This document shows positions 20,412 through 29,872 of a stretch of 64,000 nucleotides of DNA, piece after piece (the stretch's first letter is position 1; the number at the start of each line of letters is the position of its first letter). The notes below the pieces were generated by a model. That model saw only the letters and a list, made by a program, of their open reading frames with translations. It did no database searches and was not told the origin of the DNA. This DNA comes from Selaginella moellendorffii (Eukaryota > Plantae > Lycopodiophyta), in assembly GCF_000143415.4 (NCBI RefSeq), contig NW_003314261.1:4690691-4754690 (forward strand), given 5' to 3'. Position numbers and translations under genes: made by a program.

Positions 20412-23400
20412 GTTCGCGGGGCCTTACGAGATTGAGGCACGAATCGGTAAAGTGGCTTACCGACTCCGACTTCCTCGAGAGATGGGGAAGATGCACCCAG
20501 TGTTCCACGTGAACTTACTCAAGCCGTACTTTAAGGATCCGCTTCGCAAGGACCAAGTAAGACCTTTACCTGAGGTTATCCAAGGGGAAGAGGAATACGA
20601 AGTCGAGGCCATCCTCAATGCGCGCAAGAGCAAGCGACAAGGACGCGAGGTGAGAGAGTTCCATGTGAAGTGGAAAGGATTTCCACACTGCGAAGCAACA
20701 TGGGAACCGGAGGAGAACCTAGCGAACGCGCGAGATCTAGTGGAGGAATTTCTGCAAAGCAGAACTCTATATACTTATGCAAAGTTCAATTAAAAATATC
20801 AATTTTCAAAGTTGAGCAAGTGGCATATGTTGGGACCCAAAGGCGCGCCGAAGGTAAGCTAATTAGCATGGGTTGGATAGGTCGACTAGGCGTAGGGCAC
20901 TACGCCCGACTCCCCGTGGGGATGTCGAATCCGTAGACGTATTCTACGGAGGTTGGGTTCAAGTCCCAACCCCCTAATAAAGCAAGGCTGGGTTCAAGTC
21001 CCGACCCTATACTAGGGCGTGGTGAGGTGAGGGGTATAGGGACACCTATATTCCATTGTCATGGGCTCTTGGCCGGGGAGGCTAACTTAGGCACACCGCT
21101 AAGTGGGGGGATGCCCCCGGAGACATGGTCAACAAGTCGTAGGATAAAAAGAGACGTTCGATGTGGGCATCGAACTTCTTCTATGGGTGGTGGAGTTGTA
21201 AGGAACCGACTCCCCGAGATGTCGTAGGCTAAAGGATCCCCGAAAGCTTGACCAAAATGACAAAGAGTTCATCGGATGGGACCGAGTCAAAGATCGAGTC
21301 CAAGACCGACTCTGAGACCGAGTTCGAGATAGAGTCCGGGATCGAGCCGAGGCCAAATCGGACACCGAGATCGAGACCAAGTTCGAGACCGAGTTCGAGA
21401 CGGAGTCCGAGATCCAAATCGGGTCCGAGACCAAGTCCGAGGTCGAGTCCAAAGTCGAGTCCGAGATCGAGTCCGAGACCGAATCCGAAGTCGGGTTCGA
21501 GATCAAGTCCGAGATCGAATCTGAGACTAAGTCCAAATACTAATACGGGTCAAGGGGTGAAAGCCCAAAGCGTGCGTCTCCCGGGGGGGTGGGGCTGCAG
21601 GGGGTTCCAAAAGTATAGTAGGGATAGTGAGGTCCAGGAACCAGTCTTGAAGGAACTCTCTAGTGGTGCTTCCAAACTGACTTGAGGTTGAGACTGGGGC
21701 CGAGGGGCCTTGGGTGGGAGTGAGCATGGGCTTGGGTGGTGCCGGAGGGGCCACCCAGGGAAGTGCTCAAGAGCAGCTCCCACTCCCGAAAGGGAAACCG
21801 ACTGTGGTGCTCCCGGCTCATGTGGAGTGGTGCCCCACTTGAGTACCTTGTGGCTCATTGGTCCTCGCCCTTCCTAGGGGCTTGGGCCTTCCCTTCAGGA
21901 TGGAAGTGGGGGGTTAGAGGTACCCATACCGGGCCGTTAGGCCATGGTATTTTGCCCCGATATCCTGGAGCAAGTGTTGCACCCAAGGCTTGGGATTTAG
22001 AGGGTCCCATGATCAAGCCTTGTTATACCAAGGGGTGTTAGGAACCTGGAGGTTTGGTGTGCTTGGCTGCTTGTGCCTGCGGGGAGTGTAGCTGAACCTT
22101 AAGTCCAGTCTAACCCGGGGAGGGGGATTGGGAGAGATTTGGGAATCCATGGATGGAAGGCTAACTCTCCGTTGCTCGTGTAGTGAGTAGCTGAAACCAA
22201 GTAGGACCAAGTAGGAGCTGGTGCAATATGCGAGAACCTTGGCGAGGGAACTTAGCACAAGCCAAGGCAGTGTTGGTCAAATAGACGAGGTAAGCTGGCA
22301 AATTGGAAAGGAAAAATTTGTGGCTTACAGCGGGGAGAGTACCCACGAGGCTCGCGTAAGGCCACGGTGTTCCGAAATGTTGCCCCAAAGTCCCAGACTG
22401 TGAAAAGGAGGAGGAGCCATCCTCTAGTGTAGAGAACAAGGATACGGTCATGTGAGGAGGTAGCCCCAGAGGACCGAGGGACTTAGTGGTCGGGCTTGTG
22501 GGCCTTGATCCAGTGGTAAAGTTGGTGAACACAGCCATGGACAAAAGGGGACTTAGTGAGGACTGGAAAAGGGATATTGGGGAAGGCTAATCTCTATGTC
22601 TGTGGGCATCCTAAGGATGCTAAGGAGGGGATCAGGGATGATCACTCGTGGATGGATGGCCTAATCTTTGAGAGACGGGACTGTGATGAAGGTGGTGTCA
22701 GACCACCGGTGTGACCAAGGTGAATGGGCATGGCCTTGGCGTAACAAGCTGATATGTCGGTGGTACCTTGGGGTATCGGTCATGGGATCGGACACGTGGA
22801 GCACTTGGACCAAGTGCAAAGGTTGAGTGGCGGGGATGCCATTCTTGGGGCTAGCAAGTGCAAGTCTGAAATAGGACTTATGGAGGTTGTGAATGAGACT
22901 CCTCCAAGTGGTCGGAGGTGTGGTTAAGTGACTGAAGTAAAATGGAAACATTAGTCACTTACATGCAAGTGTAAATAATTCATAAAATGCGCGAAATCAG
23001 AGTGGTGCAGCAGAAGTGTGGTCTTGAAGCTTGCCATGAGGCAAAGCTATCAAGGTTGGGGAAGTAGTTCCCGAGTGTTCAAAGGGATGGTTTTGAACAA
23101 AAGTCAATGGTCATGGACTTTCACGCTTAAGCATGAACCATGATATAGTGGTCGGATGACTTGTTAAGTGAGATTGGCAAGTCAGGGGAATAAATACCCT
23201 AGTTGAAGGTGTTAACTTCAAAAGGGGTGGCATATGGGGCCAAGCATAGAGGAGTCCATGCATAATTATAGATTTATCAAGTGAGAGGACTTGGTAGTAT
23301 GGAGGAACTAGGTTTCTAAGCATGATCTATAGCGCACTTTAAGTATAAGTTGGTGCACCAGCGTGGGGAGTCACGCTAGGCATCTTAGGTGATGCCATAT

Positions 23401-25132
23401 GTAGATGCATATATGGAGGTTGGGTTTGAGTCCCAACCCTTTAATGCTTGGGTTCGAGTCCCAACTCATTAGGGCATGGTGATGGGTTGGAATATGAGGA
23501 CACTTATTTTTTAGTGGTCATACTCTTAGTAAGGAGACTGGCTTGGGCACACTACCAACCAAGGGATACCCCGGAGTCGTGATACACAATTAGATTGTTT
23601 AATGTGAAAGCTCAACATATCTAACTTGAACACTTTAGTGTAAGTGGCACCAAGGACATGGTGAATGAGATAGAGACACCCAGTCTTAGTTGTTATGGAC
23701 CCTTGGCCAAAAAAGCTGGCTTGGGTGCATTGCCAAGTGTGGAAGATGCCCCCAAGGTCATGGTCAACAACTTAAAGGTTTGGATGATCTAGTATCCATT
23801 GGCAAATCTGTTAAAGTGTTAATATTAGATCATTAAGTGATCTTATGGCTAAAACAAGGACAAGGTCCTTGTGAGGTTAAGGATTAAGGTTTATACTTCA
23901 AAGTGTTGATTTGAACTATTGATGATAATATGGCTTGGTCAAAGTGACCAAGTGGAAAAAACATGTAAGGGAAATAAACTGTATCAATACGATGGATTTT
24001 TTTATCCAAAGAAAGTAGTCTTTATAAGGAACCCATGGGAGGGTCACAAAGTGGGGCCATGGATAGAGCCCACAGTAGAAAATGCTAAAGAGACTTACTA
24101 GGGGTGAGCACCCTTTAAACTTGGCAAACTAAAGCCTTTGCCATAGAATTGAAAGAATACCTCAAGGATGGAGGTAGTGATCTTATGTCGCTTGGTGTAA
24201 CAATCAACGGATAAAAGCAAAAAACTAGTGGTTAAGAAAAGAGCCATGGGAATCATGGGAAGGAATCCAAATGGCAAAATTAGGTTAGGAATACTAAAAT
24301 ATTGGGTGTTAATGGATTGTGGGAAAGGCAATATGTTTCCAAGGATGGATTCCAAATTGCTCCAATTTGGTAAAAGTGGAAGCTCCAAGGGAGAGAGCAG
24401 CTAAGTAGCCAAATGATAGGGCCATGGACAGCTTTAGCACAAATTATGATAACTAAAATTTAGTGCCAAAGGTGGCAAGAAATAGAAAAAATGGATGATG
24501 ATGTTCTCAAGTAGAGGACTTCCTAGGATGGGGAAATGGACTTTACACAATATGTGCAATGCAAGATGACAGAGGCACTTAGGAAATTGACTTCGAAAAG
24601 TCAAATTTAAAAGTTCCAAAGTACAAAGTTTATATCAATGGAAACTAAGACTACTCGAGAATGAGTAATGGGATTGAGATAAAGAAGGTGTCTCTAATGA
24701 GTTTAGTGAGAACTAAACCAATAAAAGGAGAGAACCACCACAAGTGGTCGAATAAATCTTTAAGTTGGAGAGATTATGCTTCTTAAAGGATGGACAAGGC
24801 ATGGTAAACCTTCGGTGTCAAACCATTGATAAATATTGGCTATGTGCCAAGGATGGAAAAGGTAATACATGTTGGTATTACTTTATAAAATAGTTTATCG
24901 TTCGATGAGGACATCAAACTTCATCTATGGGTGGTGGAGTTGTGAGACATAAATCCCTAAGCCCCAAAGTGGAGCCGAAAGGGTGCTATGTGGTAGTGGC
25001 CGAAGCGAAAGCCAAACGAGTGTAACACATTTGGACTAAAAGCTTTGACTTGAAAAGTCGAGAGTAGGAGTGAAACTCCCAATTAAGGGCTTGAGGAACG
25101 AGCTTGAAGCAAGTAATAAGTGAGTCCGAGAT

Positions 25133-26100
25133 TGTAGTGCATGTGATCATGGGATGAGATTTTGATATACTGTCACCATGGATCCTTGGAACCTTGGGAG
25201 ATAAATGGGGATAAAATAGCCACTAAGGGCTCTCTCATCAAGCAATTGCCCTTTTTTCAATTGGCTTAAGGGGAGAGAGATAAAGTGCGCTACAGTTGGT
25301 ATCGGAGCAAATGGCACGGGTTTGATTCCCATTGATTAGTGGCTACTTAAAAGTATAATATACCCTTGAGCAAGGTATATTCCTACCCCTAAATTTGAAA
25401 TCGTACGTATTAGGCATCCATGCGTACGTCCTTCCTCTTGGGCATCCATGCGTACGTCCTTCCTCTTGTGTGGAGTATCCATGGATGAAGGTATCCACCA
25501 TAGGATTGCAGTATGGGTGGATGATTAGTTGCCTCACATGGAATAGCTGGTCTACACAATGGAAGGATTGGTAACTTGAGTACGGAAATGGATGTGTTGG
25601 TTCCCCTTGGCTCAGTAGGGGTTGTTAGTCAATAGTCAATGAGGACATTGACGCATGTGATCATGGGATGAGATTTGGATATACTGTCACCGTGGATCCT
25701 TGGATCATGGGATGAGNNNNNNNNNNNNNNNNNNNNNNNNNNNNNNNNNNNNNNNNNNNNNNNNNNNNNNNNNNNNNNNNNNNNNNNNNNNNNNNNNNNN
25801 NNNNNNNNNNNNNNNNNNNNNNNNNNNNNNNNNNNNNNNNNNNNNNNNNNNNNNNNNNNNNNTTGGTTCCCCTTGGCTCAGTAGGGGTTGTTAGTCAATA
25901 GTCAATGAGGACATTGACATCTCTAAAGGGGGGGTGAGTGTAGCGCATGTGATCATGGGATGAGATTTGGATATACTGTCACCATGGATCTTTGGAACCT
26001 TGGGAGATAAATGGGGATAAAATAGCCACTAAGGGCTCTCTCATCAAGCAATTGCCCCTTTTTCAATTGGCTTAAGGGGAGAGAGATAAGGTGCGCTACA
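25133..26100 (+). mobile_element. Element D: TRIM (terminal-repeat retrotransposon in miniature) inserted in LTR B
   Basis: 162-bp LTRs at 25133-25294 and 25939-26100 (TGTAG...CTACA); perfect TSD GAGAT; PBS tggtatcggagc (iMet); PPT aaagggggggtgag; non-coding interior with a 28-bp duplication at ~25413-25468. Confidence 0.92.
25717..25862. other. Assembly gap (146 N) inside TRIM D
   Basis: N run. Confidence 0.99.
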
Positions 26101-26541
26101 GAGATGGAGATGGACCCAAGATGGAGTCCAAGATGGAACTGAGACCAAGACCAAGACCAAGACTGAGATCGAGTCTGAGACCCAAGACTGAGACTGAGTG
26201 TGAGTGTGAGTCTAAATACTAATGCTATTGGGTGAAAGCCCAAAGCGATCATCCTCCAGGGGGGGGTGTTGCAAGGGGTTCCAAAAGTATAGTAAGGAGA
26301 GTATAGGGGTTGGACCCCAATGGAGCCAATTTAACCAAGAAAGGCCAATTTGGTCAGGAAGGTTGTACCCAGGTGTTGGGTGATGAGATAACCATTGGGA
26401 AGTCTAAGGCTAGAGTGAATACGATTGACAAGCAGGGTAGCTTGGTAAAGTGTTCAAGAGCCGGCTTTAGTTCCCTCAGGAGATTGAATGGTCAATGCTC
26501 GCAATCCAAGTGTGGGTGGCACTACCTACTTGGATACATGG

Positions 26542-27740
26542 GTGCACATAAGTACTGTAAAAACAGTAGTGGGGAAGTTAGAGAAATGTTACCAATATGA
26601 TATATATGGCAACTCAAGATCAATTTAAATCTGTTAGTTTTGACATTTGTCCAGCTGGCCAGTTGCTACCATTCAAAGTTCCCACAGAAAGCATTAAACC
26701 ATAAATGTCAAAAACAGAACTAATTTAGGTAGGCAATGATGGATCCAATAGTAATAGAAGGGTTTATAGCCAAGTTGTATTAATTTAGACAGCAAAAATT
26801 GCATGAGTTGGTATAAATTGAATAAAATTGGCAGGGGACAAAGAAGGAAGAATTCTTTGCATATAAGATAAAATTGGGAAGATGATTTATTTAGGCAAGT
26901 AGTGATTCATTACTGGTAACAAGAATGAAACGACTCAATATACAAGATATGATCCAATTGGCCACATTAAAAGGTTTGTGGAAAGGTAAATGGGCAATGA
27001 AGACAAGATATTTTATGTGGTTGGTCATGCAAGACCACCTCCCGTCTAAACAAAATTTACATCTCCCAAATCAGTCATGTGATAAATATGGGGCAAAGGA
27101 GACACAAAGGCACATACTTTGGGAATGTGAGAGTATACATTGCTGTTAATGTCACATACTTTGTTTTTGTGCTGTTGCAATAGCATTCCCAAAGACAAGT
27201 GTGTTTCACGAAGCAGTAGTGTGGGGCGAAGAAACTGTTGGAATATGAAACAAAATAGACTCTTGGAAATGGTTTGCAACACAAGAAGGGGCACCATGGT
27301 TTGATCAACTCAGCATAACATGAACAAACACAAAAGGAGTATCCTTGGAGTTAATAGACTTGCTGCAAGGAAGTACATTGTGAGAAATTTTGAAAGCCAA
27401 GTGCAACAAAACCTTTAACAATAAACATGAAGGGCCAAAGGTAGTAGTGTCATAGGTGTGGGCTTATGTTTTACAACTAGAAAAGAGAGGACGAAATGGA
27501 CTAAGAAAAGCTAAGAAAGAAGCACTTTCTTATGGAAGCAAGGAGAGGCAAGTACTCGGGAATGAATGTGGACACCACCAAATGAATGGTTTCAGGTGAC
27601 ACATTTAAATAAACCTTTAGGATCCAATTCACAAGCAACCCCTCTCCATAAGTAGTAAGCTCCCCTAACTACAAGCTTTTTGTTGGTTTCATACCCAACG
27701 AAACTATGCCCGATTTTTTGGTGTTTTGCTAGTGAATAAA
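26542..27740 (+). mobile_element. L1-like LINE ORF2, 3' portion (zf-RVT), continuation of 9225-10259
   Basis: LWKGKWAMKTRYFMWLVMQDHLP...CDKYGAKETQRHILWEC (zf-RVT-like). The frame reads across the joined junction (LKNSRW|VHISTVKTVVGKLEK). AATAAA at ~27736. Confidence 0.72.
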
Positions 27741-27768
27741 AGGCCCCATTTAACTATGAAAAGTTTTC

Positions 27769-29766
27769 TCAATCCTCAAGGCTTCCTAAGGTGTTCCTCC
27801 AAGTGTTTGCCAGAAGAACATAAGCTACAGGATCGTCGAGATCCACATTTTGAGAAACTCTGTCTGCAACATTTGGATCACTCCTACAAGCTGACGATAA
27901 AACACTCAACCATGCTGTGGAGTCTGGAACCATGGGCATATTGTTCGTAAGTTCCTCGGCATCACACACAAGCCCAGCTCGTCCCAGCAGATCCAACATG
28001 CACTCGTAATGAAACACGCTGGGAGTGATCCCATAGTCACATTTTAGCGAAACAAAGTAGCTCCATCCATCTCCCACAAGGCCAGCTCGAGCACAGGCCA
28101 GGAGCACGGCAATGAAGGTCACGGAAGTGGGTCGGATTCCCTGGAGCTCCAGATTGGATCGAAAGGTTTCAATCGCCAGCTTCTCGCAGCCATTGTGGAC
28201 AAAGGCCGTGAGCATTGCATTGCAAAGAATGGTATCGTGTTCTTGCTGTGGAAACGACGAGAAAACTTTCCAAGCTTCGTGGAGAGTCCCACACTTAGCG
28301 TACATGTTGACGAGCGCAGTTGCCACCACCACATCATGGACGATGATGTTTGCATGGATGGTCTTCCCGAGTTCCACCGATGCAAGCTTGGAGCAAGCAT
28401 CCAATGCTGCCACCGACGTTACCTCGTTGGGATCCATCCCTTCAAGATCCATTTGCAAGAAGAGCCGGATTGCGTGGTGCGCGTCGTAGATGGATCGATC
28501 GCTCTGTGCGTAGGCAGCGATGAGAGCACTCCAGGAGATCACATTTCTGTCGCCCATGGCATCAAACATCTCTTGTGTGAGATCGAGGCTGCCGCACTTC
28601 GAATACATGTCGACTATGGCATTTTCCACCTTGAGGTCGTGCAAGTGTGAGCTTCCAGAGGTTTTCATCGCGTCGTGGACGACGAGGGCGATGGAGAGAT
28701 CTCGTAAGTTCGCACAAGCGTGAATGGCACACACGAAAGTAGCGTCGCTTGCCTCGATCCCTTCCACGTCCATGAGATCGAGCATGAGCAGTGCTTGCGA
28801 GCTCTGACCGTTTCGAGCATAGGCGGAGATCATTGACGTCCAAGTGACGGAGTTCCTGGTCGCCATCGTGTCGAAAACACTGCGGGCTTCGATCGATCGA
28901 CCGCACTGTGCGTACATGTTCACGAGTGCCGTGGACACCACCACGCTCTTGCTAAGCTCCTCGTCTCCAGAGACGATGCTATGGAGGGTTCTTCCAAGAT
29001 ATATGGAGCTTGGATCCGAACAGGCCTCGAGAACGCTGGTGAGAGTAATCTCGTTGGGCCTTTCTCCCTCTTGATCCAGCTTAGAGAACATCCTCACTGC
29101 CTCTTTGCGATATTCTTTTTGGGCATATGCGGTTAGCAATGCGTTCCAGGAAACAAGATTCCTTTCGTGCATGGCGTCGAAGATTTTCTTTGCGTCGAGT
29201 ACGTTACCGTGCTTGGCGTTTGCAGTGATTAAAATCGTCCATGCAACTACGTTAAAACAAGGCATTCTTTCATACACAAAGTTCGCCTCTGATAAATGCC
29301 CGGTTTGGGTATATGCAGTGAGAAGAATGGTCCACGAGTAAGAGTTGCGAAGATGGCCTAGCTTGTCAAAAACATCCCGCGCATCCTCGCTGGATCCACA
29401 TTTCCCATACATTTGGATGAGAAGATTCGCCCAGAAGGTCGAGCTCGAATCCGCCGCTACCATAGCCAGTGAAGCGTGAACTCTCCGGCCTTCCTTCAAG
29501 GCTCTCACGTTCCCGCACTGGCGGAGGAGCGCTGCAAATACGGAGAGAGAGATGTGGTGGATTCCCCCCAGCTGCTCCACTCGATCCAATGCCCGCTGGA
29601 GCTCCTCGCGACCCCACAAGAGAGCTCCACCAGATCTTGCTGCTGTTCTTGGTGGAGCTCTCGCCCAGCTTATCACATTGCTCCTTTCGAGCTCCTCCAG
29701 GGCCATCGATCCCAGCTCCACCATCCGAGCATCGCGGCTGCTTGTCCTCCTGCGCGCCACATGCAT
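27769..29766 (-). CDS. Pentatricopeptide repeat protein, PLS-class with E-like extension, intronless
   Basis: Repeats such as ALVNMYAQCG..EARSVFDTM..RNSVTWTSMISAYA; the terminal HYECMLDLLGRAG...AWLSVLS...YVLLAN is E-domain-like; no DYW. Confidence 0.93.
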   Translation of the reverse strand: MHVARRRTSSRDARMVELGSMALEELERSNVISWARAPPRTAARSGGALLWGREELQRALDRVEQLGGIHHISLSVFAALLRQCGNVRALKEGRRVHASLAMVAADSSSTFWANLLIQMYGKCGSSEDARDVFDKLGHLRNSYSWTILLTAYTQTGHLSEANFVYERMPCFNVVAWTILITANAKHGNVLDAKKIFDAMHERNLVSWNALLTAYAQKEYRKEAVRMFSKLDQEGERPNEITLTSVLEACSDPSSIYLGRTLHSIVSGDEELSKSVVVSTALVNMYAQCGRSIEARSVFDTMATRNSVTWTSMISAYARNGQSSQALLMLDLMDVEGIEASDATFVCAIHACANLRDLSIALVVHDAMKTSGSSHLHDLKVENAIVDMYSKCGSLDLTQEMFDAMGDRNVISWSALIAAYAQSDRSIYDAHHAIRLFLQMDLEGMDPNEVTSVAALDACSKLASVELGKTIHANIIVHDVVVATALVNMYAKCGTLHEAWKVFSSFPQQEHDTILCNAMLTAFVHNGCEKLAIETFRSNLELQGIRPTSVTFIAVLLACARAGLVGDGWSYFVSLKCDYGITPSVFHYECMLDLLGRAGLVCDAEELTNNMPMVPDSTAWLSVLSSACRSDPNVADRVSQNVDLDDPVAYVLLANTWRNTLGSLED

Positions 29767-29872
29767 TCATAGCCAATTGACCTGGTCAACCATACGGTCA
29801 ACGACCTTTATAAACATAAAAAAACAAATTTAAAGGAGGACCAGCACCACTGAGTTTCCAAAAAATCAAGAA

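Larger units (their letters stand above)
16030..20793 (+). pseudogene. gag-pol polyprotein of element A: one reading frame plus two integrase introns
   Basis: CCHC knuckle CYNCGEAGHFSREC, protease DTGA, RT YIDD, RNaseH TDAS, integrase HHCC and DDE, GPY, chromodomain YEVEAIL..VKWKGF..ATWEP. All ORF pieces from 16030 to 19903 share one frame, with in-frame stops. Confidence 0.93.
14960..22329 (+). mobile_element. Element A: full-length Ty3/Gypsy chromovirus (gag-PR-RT-RH-IN-chromodomain), inactivated by point stops
   Basis: LTRs 14960-15970 and 21197-22329 (TGTAAGG...CTTACA); TSD GTGGG/GCGGG; degenerate iMet PBS ttggttttagagcc at ~15973; PPT 21185-21196. Confidence 0.95.
14025..22963 (+). mobile_element. 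Solo LTR of family B (~1.56 kb: 14025-14959 plus 22335-22963), split by element A
   Basis: TGTGAG...CTTACA termini; TSD GGCAA/TGCAA; no PBS or PPT. The host RNaseH relic continues across it (PRKA|SV). Confidence 0.85.
10260..26541 (+). mobile_element. Element B: degraded, probably non-autonomous Gypsy element, circularly permuted (3' half of LTR at left, 5' half at right), with nested insertions
   Basis: Left LTR half ends CTTACA at 11959, followed by a degenerate iMet PBS (atttcgtatcaaag). Scrambled RNaseH/integrase relics at 11960-14024 and 22969-24940. PPT ctatgggtggtggagt then TGTGAGAC at 24941. The LTR breaks off at 26541. Confidence 0.75.

Noticed and set aside
20755-20820. AT-rich stretch after the chromodomain as a fourth intron
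   Set aside because: No convincing GT donor and no conserved downstream motif to restore.
20940-21010. tRNA gene or SINE
   Set aside because: Only T-arm-like hairpins; no acceptor stem, D-arm, anticodon arm or A-box seen.
21715-21770. 5S-like motif in LTR A (gcttggg...cagggaagtgctc)
   Set aside because: Too diffuse, and it aligns to a different part of LTR B than the 5S-like segment reported.
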